A stretch of 58,613 nucleotides of DNA, filler included, from an uncultured bacterium (lineage in GTDB: Bacteria; Armatimonadota; Abditibacteriia; Abditibacteriales; Abditibacteriaceae): NCBI GenBank assembly GCA_963843795.1. It is 4 parts of 4 records of this genome, joined end to end, with 100 filler letters (N's around TTAATTAATTAA, not from the genome) between each part and the next. Parts side by side here need not be neighbours in the genome. Positions count along the whole stretch, not along the records: positions 12,378 to 31,058 come from CAWJLW010000002.1; positions 31,159 to 38,452 come from CAWJLW010000007.1; positions 38,553 to 58,613 come from CAWJLW010000008.1; 1 more part is not named here. One strand, given 5' to 3'. The notes below the pieces were generated by a model. That model did not search any database and was not told the DNA's origin. It saw nothing but the letters and a program-made list of their open reading frames with translations. Position numbers and translations under genes: made by a program. The first letter of the stretch is position 1; the number at the start of each line of letters is the position of its first letter. Shown here in pieces: positions 29,952 through 39,920 of this stretch.

Positions 29952-30416
29952 TTAAGCCAAAACGGGAGGAGCGCGAGCGGGAAGGGTGGAACGAAGAAAA
30001 ACGGCGGCGGGCACAACAGGCGGTGGCCCGGCCAATCCGTGCAGACAACCGGACAGCATCACCGTCTGCTGTGTTGTCGGAATGGTAGCGACCATCGCCG
30101 TGAGCGTTACCACCGGGTGTTCAACGGAATGATGCGAGGAGTTGAGAACGGCGGTTTCTGAAAGCAGATCGCAACCATCTGGCGGCGATGGTTGTGTGGG
30201 CGCACAAAGTTGACAGGCACCAAGGCCGTGCGGGCACGCTGCAAGTACTTGCAGCGTGACTTGGCTGGAGCGCGTTAAACCGCCCAGATGAGCCGCGCAA
30301 TTATCGAGCGAATGCGTCAGTAGAACACAGAGGAGGAACACCGCCGCACCCAAAAAACTGCGGCGCGATGTGTACTGTAAAAAAGGAGAAAACTGAATCT
30401 GTGCTTTCATGAGCAA
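29952..30416 (-). CDS. DUF2946/CutF-like leader protein with C-terminal RAPP motif
   Basis: N-terminal hydrophobic segment, CPHGLGACQLC, ends HGLAGPP...LPARAPPVLA directly upstream of czcC. Confidence 0.72.
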   Translation of the reverse strand: MLMKAQIQFSPFLQYTSRRSFLGAAVFLLCVLLTHSLDNCAAHLGGLTRSSQVTLQVLAACPHGLGACQLCAPTQPSPPDGCDLLSETAVLNSSHHSVEHPVVTLTAMVATIPTTQQTVMLSGCLHGLAGPPPVVPAAVFLRSTLPARAPPVLA

Positions 30417-30564
30417 GTGACGACTTCTCTCTATATCTTCCGATATAGCGTAGATGGTGACAAGGCCCGTGCAGCAGCCAATTCGACCTCACTTCTGCAC
30501 TGGGGCCTATTCAGTGTGCTTCTAAAACTTCCTAACAATCCATTTCTCGTGCGTAAGCGGTAAA

Positions 30565-31058
30565 TCAAATTACAATCCGCTCAATTTCATCCAACGTCAC
30601 TTTATCAGGAAGCGGGCTGGACGTATATCGAGCGCCATATCCACCGCCTTCACCTTGGGTTCTCGAATCGGTTTTTAAGAAAATTAGCTTTGCGAAAGTG
30701 GCAACAAAGCCCGGTAAAACGCCGCTCCTATGCTGACTATGGTTCTGAATTTTTGGCGCATTGCTGGAAAAAAGGCGAGGTAAAACGCCGCTCCTATGCT
30801 GACTATGGATGGTGCCTACCAAGACGCACCAACACTTGATCCAAGGTCTGTGCTGCTGCGTCTTGGTTGGTCGCGCCCGTACTCTTCAGGGCGGCGACCC
30901 GCTGCAACTTTTCTTCAACGGCGTCTTTAGATGAAGCGGGCCGGGTCTTGGCCCTGACACGCCGCGACCTCTCGAAGTTGCGTTTCTATTTCGGGGGCGA
31001 AGTCAAGGATCAATCGCATAATCTTGGATTTTATCTTAGCAGGAGTCTCGAGAATGAT
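30565..31058 (-). pseudogene. Degenerate, internally deleted copy of the antitoxin-(vapC)-recombinase module
   Basis: Minus strand from 31019 reads MRLILDFAPEIETQLREVAACQGQDPARFI* (homologue of 1693..2037). 30565-30606 encodes DKVTLDEIERIVI* (recombinase C-terminus). 31028-31058 matches the promoter at 1557-1587. Confidence 0.85.
30713..30808. repeat. Two identical 30-bp direct repeats separated by 36 bp
   Basis: GGTAAAACGCCGCTCCTATGCTGACTATGG at 30713-30742 and 30779-30808. Confidence 0.9.
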
Positions 31059-31158
31059 NNNNNNNNNNNNNNNNNNNNNNNNNNNNNNNNNNNNNNNNNN
31101 NNTTAATTAATTAANNNNNNNNNNNNNNNNNNNNNNNNNNNNNNNNNNNNNNNNNNNN

Positions 31159-31627
31159 CAAGAAACCGGAATTGACTTCCTGACGCGGCATGAAAAAGTG
31201 CCGCTGTAGAAGCCGTAATAGTTGAAGAAATGCGCGGGCACGCGATTGGTGGCCAGAAAGTTAATCAGGCGCGTGTTCCAATCGGTTTCGCCAAAACAGT
31301 AGAAGGCTTCGACATCTTTGATGGGAACCGGACGCTTGGCAATGACACGACGCCCCTCAGGAGAAGGGCTTGCATGAGAAACGCTGGTTTGGTGAGAGAC
31401 AATGTCATTGAGTGCGGGCAAAGTGTACCGTTTAAGATGCTGTGCTCTAAATCCAAGTCGTAATCATCCACCGCCCAATCTTCCAGCACACAACCACTTT
31501 GTGTGGCGGCTTCGGCCAGCGAGCTTTCGTCGGCATCGGTGCGCTCTTCATCGAACTGGTGCAGGTAAACCGTGTTCTGGTGCCTCGCTAAGCGCCCGTT
31601 AGAAAACACGTAATAAGAACGTTTCAT
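31159..31627 (-). CDS. cas1: Type I-B Cas1, 5' part (frameshifted, cut by the gap)
   Basis: MKRSYYVFSNGRLARHQNTV...PIKDVEAFYCFGETDWNTRLINFL...HFFNYYGFYSGTF. Confidence 0.88.
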
Positions 31628-31687
31628 GGTGCCTCTTGCGTCCCGCTTTGACCCTTGCCAAGTACTTGCAAAGGGCTTTATCGTCTT

Positions 31688-31719
31688 AAACCGCGCTGCA
31701 AGTACTTGCAGCGCGGTTT
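31688..31719. repeat. Perfect 32-bp palindrome centred on GCAAGTACTTGC between cas4 and cas1
   Basis: AAACCGCGCTGCAAGT|ACTTGCAGCGCGGTTT; a one-mismatch core copy lies at about 31658. Confidence 0.9.
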
Positions 31720-31727
31720 TAAGGACA

Positions 31728-32262
31728 CTAACTCCAACACAGTTCATAATAGGCGCACTTTTCGCACAAACGCCGGTTGACTAAGCGCGGCGGCGCCTGG
31801 GGTGCGCTGATGATTTGCGCGACACCATCGAGCACTTGTTGGATTTCGGTTTTTGGCTCCAGGCGTGAGTTCGATGGTTTGGGTTTTCTTCAAGAGTGGA
31901 TAGTTAATTTCGCCGCGCGCCTTGACGCCCTTGCGTTTGAGATAAAACAAGTAATAAAGCACCTGCAACCGATGCGCATCATCGAAGGAGCGGCTTTTCT
32001 TGGTTTCGTGAATCACCAGGGTGCCATAGGGTAGAACTTTCGATACGATCCAGTCGATGACAATGCGGTCGTCAATCGCAATCTCTTTTTGCGAACGCGA
32101 ATAGCTGGCTTCGCCCACCATTTTGCCGATTTGCACGTTCTCGTTTTCGCGCTCCATTTCCACCCCGCGCGTAAACAGCCACAACTTGCGCTGGCAAATC
32201 GCGTAATAGTTGACTTGTGTGCCGGTGAAAGTCGGAATGGCCGAACTATTCGAAGTCGTCAT
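31728..32262 (-). CDS. cas4: Cas4 (one frameshift in an A-run near 31852)
   Basis: TGTQVNYYAICQRKLWLF, HETKKS, QVLYYL; the corrected end is RLCEKCAYYELCWS*. Confidence 0.92.
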
Positions 32263-34566
32263 AGTTCTCCACCTCACGCTGCAAGCGTAACCCGTACTTC
32301 AAATCGTAATAATCATCGTTGACCAGCCAAACTTCTTCGCTATCCTCGCCAACTATAATTTGGTGTTTTTCGATAGCGCCGATTCGCTGTGCCATTTCCA
32401 GTTGATAAGCATAGATTTGGACGCCGTGTTTCAACTGCCATTTGCGAAAATCCATACGATTTTTGATTAGCTCAGTAGAACTTTCGCCCGCCAAGAAATT
32501 ATCGACTTTCACGCCGACAAACACGGTTTGCTGTGGTGCGATATCGCGGCTTTTCCAATCGTGGGTTTGTTCGTCATCTTCGTTTTCCAGTTCGGCGTTT
32601 TGAACGATAAGCCAATTATTGACGAAGCTGTTTTCCAGTTTTCGCGCGTTTTCGCGTGCGTTGTGGTCGGAGTTTCTGAGGTCGGGTAAAGGCAGCTTAC
32701 CATTTCGGAAAAATCGCGCGGCGAATATTCGCCTTCCGGCAGCCATTGGTTCGATTGGCGAAGAACATCGGTCAGTTCCCATTTGCCGCCTGCAAAAGCA
32801 CCATACGGCGCGGGATACCATTCGTCTGCGGCTTCTTCGCCGTTGGAATCGGCAACACAACATATAAATCGCCCATGAAATTTTGCGTCCGTCACCACGT
32901 TTTTCAAAGCGTGACAAACGACCGGCGCGTTGCGTCAAGCGGTCAATCGGGCATAAATCGGAGAGCATATTATCGGCGCTGATATTAATGCTCAGTTCAC
33001 CGATTTGCGTCAGAATCGCAACGCCGTTTGCTTAGTCATTTTCCCAAGCTTTTCGACCCATTAGCTTTTCAAGCTTTGTCTCGATGGCGGCTTTATCCGG
33101 CTCACAAAAGCGAGAATGGTAAAGCACGATATTTTCCTCATCGAATTCGCAATCGGCAAACCATTGTCGATAGGCTTGAGCGCGCTCGACGGTGTTGGCA
33201 TAAATAATCAATGGCGCGTCATCGGCGGTAAGTTCGCAAAGCAAGTCGGAAAATCGTCCGGCGTTTGTACGCGGCCTTTCCGATGAATACGACAGCGTTT
33301 GCGATCAATGTCGGAATTGTCTTCGTAAATTTTTTCTGGTTGTGAAGCCCGAAAGCACGTAAAGCTCTCGCGCTGATTCGGGAATCGTCGCGCTCATCAT
33401 CAAAACTGACACTTCAAGTACCTTGCAGTGCGCGAAGAAAACGATCATGTTGCGCTGGGTGAAATCGTCGTAGAAGTCGGCTTCATCAATTACTACACAC
33501 GAGTGTGCCAAACCCCAGAAAATGCCATGATGATCTTCGCGCGCACCGGTCAGCGCGATACACAAATGGTCAATCGTCGTGACTGTAACCGGCGTTTCCA
33601 ACAAGCGTGCCAGTAGCATTTCTTTGATGAAAAGATTGTCGTCGAATTGCTTATCTTTGTCAGCTTTCTCTTGGCAGCTTCTTCGTAAAAACTCGCCGTC
33701 GAATGATACAAGCCGCGCTGACTCATAGTTTTCGGCGATATTGATCGAAAGTGCGTTGGAAGTGAAGCGCGTCGGCATCGCAATCACCAAACGGTCGGCG
33801 CGATGTCTTCGATTTGATGCTGTGCCCACAACAGAGCAGCGTCGGTTTTTCCGGCTCCAGTCGGCGCACGTAGAATCGCAAACGGTTCATCCCACAATTG
33901 CGTGATGATTTCTTGCACACCATGCTTTTGCGAAAGTGGAAATCACAGTTCCATCGGTTTCAACGCTGGTAACGTATCGCCGTTGGCTTTGGCGCTGGCG
34001 CGGCCATCGGCGAGTTGCAGCCACGCGCGCGGGCCGTCGTATTCATAACGCTTGGCCAGTACTTGCGCGAAGCTTTGGTTGTCATCGGCGCGAAATTCAC
34101 TGGATGTAGCTTTAAAGTCTTTCCAAAAAGCGGCGTGCGCTGGGCCGGCCACTCAGTGATTCGTCGTGCAAGCGTTTGCGATGTCGTTCCGAAAGTTTAC
34201 GATGATGTGCCGCCACCGCTGCCCAACACAACGGCGGTAATTCGACGCGCGTTTCTCCATCATCGCCAGCGACGCAATTTCGTGGCGAATTCCAGCGTGC
34301 ATCAAACGCCGGCCACAATTTTTGCCGGTGAGTTGCAATTCTCGGTAATCGCCGCGACAAGCGATTGCCAGCGCGGATGCTATTTGCCTGCATCGTGCCA
34401 GAGCGCGGCTTCATCGAGCAACTGCTCCAAGTCGCGTCCGGTGCGCTGCAAGTACTTGCACGCCGCAAACGGGCGCGCGGCTACCAAATTGGCGGCTTCA
34501 TCGTGCACATCTTGCGTGTGCTGCGCGAGCGTAAAGCCATCGGATTTGAATCTCCAGAATTTCCAT
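32246..34566 (-). pseudogene. cas3: Cas3 HD-nuclease/helicase, multiple frameshifts
   Basis: Fragments: TLAQHTQDV...LWHDAGK (HD), LQLADGRASA, IAMPTRFTSNAL, VTTIDH, VVIDEADFYD, MSAT, YANTVERAQ, YHSRF, SDLCPIDRLTQRAGR. Confidence 0.9.
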
Positions 34567-34605
34567 AATGAAAATCGGGGCGCGCTCTCGCACGCCCCGA
34601 TAAAT

Positions 34606-35539
34606 TCACGCCCCTTTTTCAAAATCTTCGGTGGAAACCAAGTGGTTATTGTTTGGGTCGGGATCAAAAAGTGTGTTTTCGTCCGAACCCAGAAATTCGC
34701 CGGCTTTGTGATAAGCCTCGAAAACACTATCGCCTTCGGCGGAAGTGTCGTCGCCCAGAAAAATTGTGCGCCGCGCGCATCAAGTTCTTTCAAAATGTTG
34801 GCGCGCTCGGCTTCTTCGGCTTTGAAATAACGCGCGGCCTTGCGTGAAAGCGCGTATCCAAAACGATGAGAACGCGTTGCGGCTCGCCCGAAGTCGCATT
34901 GCGCGCTTGCTGCGCGTAATCGGTAAGGCAACTCGTGGCATCTAAGGCCAGACGTACTCGGCGCAAACGCTCATCGGCAGAAATGTGCTTGACGTAATGC
35001 GTGGCGAGATGCAATTCGTTTTCGTAGGTGTATTTCTTGCGGATGCCAACAGTTCCAGTGTCGATGAAAAAATTCATCAACATCGCGTCTTCCTGCGAAT
35101 ACTCGCGCGTCGCCAAAGCTTGGTCGCGCGTGCTGTCCTTATCCTGATTCATTTTCAAGCGCACCAGCAAATCGCGTCCGGTTTCGCTGGGTTCAATCGC
35201 TACGGCAGGAGTGGCCGAAATCGGCGCGGTGCGTCGTCCCGAATAGCTTTCTTTCGAGGTTTGCAGAAAGCCACCCAAATCAGCGCGCAAATCGTTTTCG
35301 ATCACGGTCGTGATGCCATCGCCATTGGCGACGTAAGTGCTACCGCGATTTTCATCGGTCAAATTCAAGCGGTCGATGGCGGAAAACAGCGCTTGACGCT
35401 GCATCTGACCCGAAATATAAACGCGCCCATCAGGACGGCGCTTAATAGACGAAGCGTTGCCCAAAACTTTCTCGCCTCCGTTGGCGATATGATCGCTCAT
35501 CGGCGCGACAATTGTGACCAGAATTCCTTTGATTTCCAT
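34606..35539 (-). CDS. cas7: Type I-PGING Cas7/Csp1 (frameshifted near the C-terminus)
   Basis: IANGGEKVLGNASSIKRRPDGRVYISGQMQR...DLRADLGGF...SGRRTAPISATPA...DYAQQARNATSGEP. Confidence 0.88.
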
Positions 35540-35574
35540 AATTTTCCTTTGTGTAATTGCAGGATCAAAGCAAC

Positions 35575-37258
35575 TTAATCACTCATCACATCTTCGACGT
35601 CATCATCGAGGCTTGGTGCAGCATTCTCTTCTTCTGCTCTCTGGCGCATGCTCTTTTCAGGTTCCCCGGATTTGCGCGGCGCACGCAATCGCATATAAGC
35701 GATGAGCAAATGAGTCGCTTGGGTTTGGTCGATTTCGCCGTTGCGGTCGCGTCCATGAAGCGTTTGGCAACAGCGGGCGCGTCGTCTTGCAGTAAGCGAC
35801 CGCAGCGCGTGGAAATGCGAAACAGCATATCTGCCGCATCTTTGGCGCTCATGGCGGCGCTTTCAAACTCGACCAAAATTTTCGCTTTGGTTTTGGCGAC
35901 TTTCCGCGCCGGTCGTTGACATTAGCTTCGACTTCTCCATCGGCAACGAAATACGCGGTGCGGTTAAGCCATTGTCCCAATTCGCCCGCCGACTGCACAA
36001 TTTCTTTATCCATACCCTTGAAATACTCCTCGAAAAGTGGCCGCAATTCCGGCGGATACTCGGCGCGCGCCGCCAGAAAATCGGCAAATGCGGGCGCGGA
36101 AAAGCTCTGTAAAAAGCGGCTGGTTTGCAAATAAAACAACTGATAAGCGGGCGTATCGTGGCGAATCATCGACCAATCCAAATCGGCGTAAAGTTCGGTG
36201 TCGCGCCACAGCGCATCCACCATTTTCGACAGTTCACCATCGACGCCAAGCCCACAATGTGATTCCCAAACCTCACCTGCGAAATCTTGTCGTAAGACAC
36301 GATATAAAGCGGCTGTTCGGCGATGGCTCCAAATAGCTCCGCGGCCCATTGCGTCTCGTGCGCTTCGTTCGCCCAGCGTCCAATAGCGCCCAGCAAACCA
36401 ACCGCGCCAAAAGTTCCAGCATCGCGCGGCGCGAAAGGATAATTGCCCGAACGTAAACGCGGGCGACGAAATTCCGATTTCGGCGCGGCTTCTTTGGCGG
36501 GCTTTTTCGTGACGCGCGCGGGCTTGTTTTCATCGACAGTCTTCAAATCTTTGAGCTTGGCTTGCATCAAATCGCCGTCGAGTTTGGTGTTCAGATTTGC
36601 TCGAACAGGGCGACGAAATCGCGCAGTTCATCAATCGGCAAATCGGGAATGATGACGGTGTTTTGTCCCGGCCACGCGGCAGGTTTGATTGGCGTCAAAG
36701 TCGTAATCAGCGCGCACGCAGTTTCTAAGAGCGTTCCGTTAGCGCGGTTGAGAATGATCTTTTATTGTTGATTTTTGCCGTCGTAGGCGCAAACAGACGA
36801 CTAAAACTAACACTTTTATCTAACGGCGCTTCCTCTTTGAGCAACGCAAGAATTGAGGTTGCACTTGCGAAAGTTTGCTTAACAGATTTGTCTGTCGTCA
36901 AAATCGTCGGAAACAAATCAATGCCTTTGTTTGCCAGACCCGATGAGCCGACCAGTGTTGTATCAGATGCTAACTCTGCAAATGGAATCGGTGTAAATTG
37001 CAGCAAACGTTGAATCGCCGGCTTATCGCCGGTTCGCATCCGGAAATACTCCAATCCAACTTCAATTGAGTGCAGCAATGCAGTGCGTAAATTGGCTTCG
37101 TTCAACTGCTCAAGATTCAAGCGAGCCTGTAACATTGCCACCGCCAAACCATAACGCGTGTAAGGATGCGTTAATGGCAAATCGAGCGGCGTCTCTGATA
37201 TGTTCGGAGCGTTTGGAGCAGAGATTTCGATGCCGTCAAATAGCGTCAGTTCGGTCAT
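35575..37258 (-). pseudogene. cas8: Type I-PGING large subunit Cas8/Csp2, multiple frameshifts
   Basis: Lies between cas5 and cas7; motifs HPYTRYGLA, FAPTTAKINN, RPRLRSGNYPFAP, LGQWLNRTAYFVA, LVEFESA. Confidence 0.8.
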
Positions 37259-37918
37259 TGAGCCACCTCCCATTTCGCATCTATCCAACCTTCGCTGGAG
37301 CCAAGATACAATGGCGCTGCGGTTCGTTAATTGCCGCTGCATTTATTTGCGCCATCGCCTCCGAAGTTTCGAGCTTATATTTGTAAACCCCCTTCGGCAC
37401 GATATATTCGCGCACCGTAGGAGAAACATAATATTGTGGAAAGTGAGATAAATGGCGAGTGGTGTCAATCTTTGCCCAATCCATTTGAGCATCATTCAAA
37501 ATTCCAATAATGCTACTGTCGTGGTTGCGGCTACCTTTTGCATGGCGCTCGTCCTGATGTTTGAGATGTTGTGACCACAAATCATCGTAGTGCATCGCAT
37601 CAGGAATATGTCGATTCGCCATGCGAACGTGCCATTGCAACACACTACCGAAACCAACACCACTGCGCTGTGCGGCTTGATTATGGCGACGGGCCGATTA
37701 CTTTTCAACAACGCATCACGCTCTTTGACCGAAATATGCCAGCCAAGCGCGTTTTCCAGCATTGCCAGCAACATTCCATCGGTCGGCTCTGGCTGGCTGC
37801 AATAGTACTTGCCCGGCATCTTCGCCACCATCGAAAGCGGTGCAAGTGCATCAACAATCAGTAGCGCGCGCGCCGAGTAGTCTGGCGCTTCTCGTAAAAG
37901 AGATAAATCGAGTTTCAA
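37255..37918 (-). pseudogene. cas5: Type I-PGING Cas5p, frameshifted
   Basis: LDLSLL...LAPLSMVAKMPGKYY...MLENALGWHI; YDDLWSQ; FPQYYVSPTVREY; PLYLGSSEGWID; TTG start with AGGAG RBS. Confidence 0.85.
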
Positions 37919-38110
37919 AGCAAACTCCTCGTAGCTTTTAGTAGCGGCATTATACACGAAAATCATTTGTTACAATATCGTAGGATTCCAGTTATGATTT
38001 AGTACTGCAGGCGACGGCATTGAAACACGATCTTGTAGCAGGAAGTAACGTATTTCATCAGTTTTCTAATCGAACCGCGCCTGCTGCTCTTATTTTTGAC
38101 AAAGGTGGTG

Positions 38111-38452
38111 ATGAATTTTGGATTGTGGGGGCGACTGGTCGGGCAAAGCGGACAGAGATGAACTTTTGGTTTTTGGCTTTGCCGCTTCGCACGATGCGCA
38201 ATCTTGGAGCGAAGAACAGTGCCCTGCAATTCGACATCGACTGGGAATGAGGCAACGCGCGGAGTTTCATGCACGCGAAATGAGCGAAGCGGAAATTCTG
38301 TTCTATCTGCAAACGGCCCGCGATGCGGGTGTTATCATGGGTGCCGTGGTTTTGAAAAAGCCCTTGCCAACTGATGCGGAGGCGTTGACGAACTTCACCT
38401 GTGCGGTCGCGGCGCAAAACTTTTTTCGCGTTTTCCTCTTGCGCTACCCTGT
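38111..38452 (+). CDS. DUF3800-like (RNase H-like) protein, partial, divergent from the cas operon
   Basis: Removing one G from the G5 run gives MNFGLWGDWSG (DxSG motif)...EFHA; RBS AAGGTGG; cut by the gap. Confidence 0.5.
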
Positions 38453-38552
38453 NNNNNNNNNNNNNNNNNNNNNNNNNNNNNNNNNNNNNNNNNNNNTTAA
38501 TTAATTAANNNNNNNNNNNNNNNNNNNNNNNNNNNNNNNNNNNNNNNNNNNN

Positions 38553-39798
38553 TGAAGTACTTGGTGAATGTTCCTTTACAATATGGCGCGAGCGAATCAT
38601 CTGGGCAGCTTGAAGAAGGTGATCCACGTTTCATACGAATAACGGATATCCGTGAGGACGGAAGTTTGCGCGATGACAGTTTCTGTTCGCTCCCTGCTGA
38701 AATTGCTGCGCCTTTTATGTTGGAAGATGGAGATTTACTTTTCGCTCGCAGCGGTGCTACAGTAGGCAAATCATTTATGTATCGAAGTGAATTTGGAGCT
38801 GCTTGTTTTGCGGGATATCTAATCAGGGCTAATATCAATAAGACAAACGCAGAACCGAAATTCATTAATTATTTCACAAGTTCTTGTTTTTATTGGGAGT
38901 GGCTTGCCAGCAACTCGATTCAATCCACAATTCAAAATGTAAACGCAGAAAAATATAATTCTTTATCAATTCCATTTCCCTCATTAGATGAGCAACGCGC
39001 CATCGCCGCGTATCTCGACCGCGAAACGGCGCGGCTGGATACGTTGATTGCCAAGCAGCAACGCTTGATCGAACTGTCGCTGGAAAAGCGTCGCGCGCTG
39101 ATTGGTCACGTCGTCACGCGCGGGCTGGACGAAACCGCGCCGCTCAAAGATTCCGGCGTCGAATGGCTGGGCCAAGTGCCGGAACATTGGACACACGCGG
39201 CAATAAAACACATTGTTTCGACGTCTGTCACGGATGGGCCACACGAAACACCGGAATTTATAGACGATGGAGTTCCGTTCCTTTCGGCAGAGGCTGTCAA
39301 GAATAACGCGTTGGACTTTAATCGGAAGCGTGGCTACATCTCTGAGCAATTAAACGAAATCTACAAACAGAAATGCCAACCACAGTTGCATGATATTTTG
39401 ATGGTCAAATCAGGTAACACAACGGGAAATTTGGCCATCGTAAAAACAGAGAAACTGTTTGCAATTTGGTCACCTTTGGCTTTGATACGATGCAACAGCC
39501 AAGCGTATCCACAATTTGTTTTTTATTTCATGCAATCAGGATATTTCCAATCCATTGTCGCTTTATCTTGTAGTTACGGAACACAGCCTAATATTGGCAT
39601 GGGAGTAATTGAAAACTTATCTGTCACGCTTCCGCCAATTCACGAGCAACGCGCAATCTTGAATATCTCGACCGCGAAACCGCCAAAATCGACACGCTGA
39701 TCGCCAAAGCGCGGCGCGCCATCGAATTGATGAAAGAGCATCGCAGCGCGCTCATTGCCGCCGCCGTCACCGGTCAAATCGACGTGCGCGCGGCGTGA
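38553..39798 (+). CDS. hsdS: Type I R-M specificity subunit (5'-truncated; frameshift near 39660)
   Basis: Two TRDs with PSLDEQRAIAAYLDRETARLD...DSGVEWLGQVPEHW; the end after the shift is EHRSALIAAAVTGQIDVRAA*. Confidence 0.93.
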
Positions 39799-39920
39799 AT
39801 GAGGCGCTGCAAGTACCTGCCACGACAAGCGGCGATATTATACGTCATTGACGCACCGCAAAACATTCGCAATGCGACCGCAATGCGCCAATGACAGAGT
39901 TTTTGCGGTTAAATGGAGCC

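Noticed and set aside
30565..38600. A single island linking metal genes, cas and type I R-M, or a CRISPR-associated transposon
   Set aside because: These lie on separate contigs joined artificially; no tnsABC/tniQ seen and cas3 is present.
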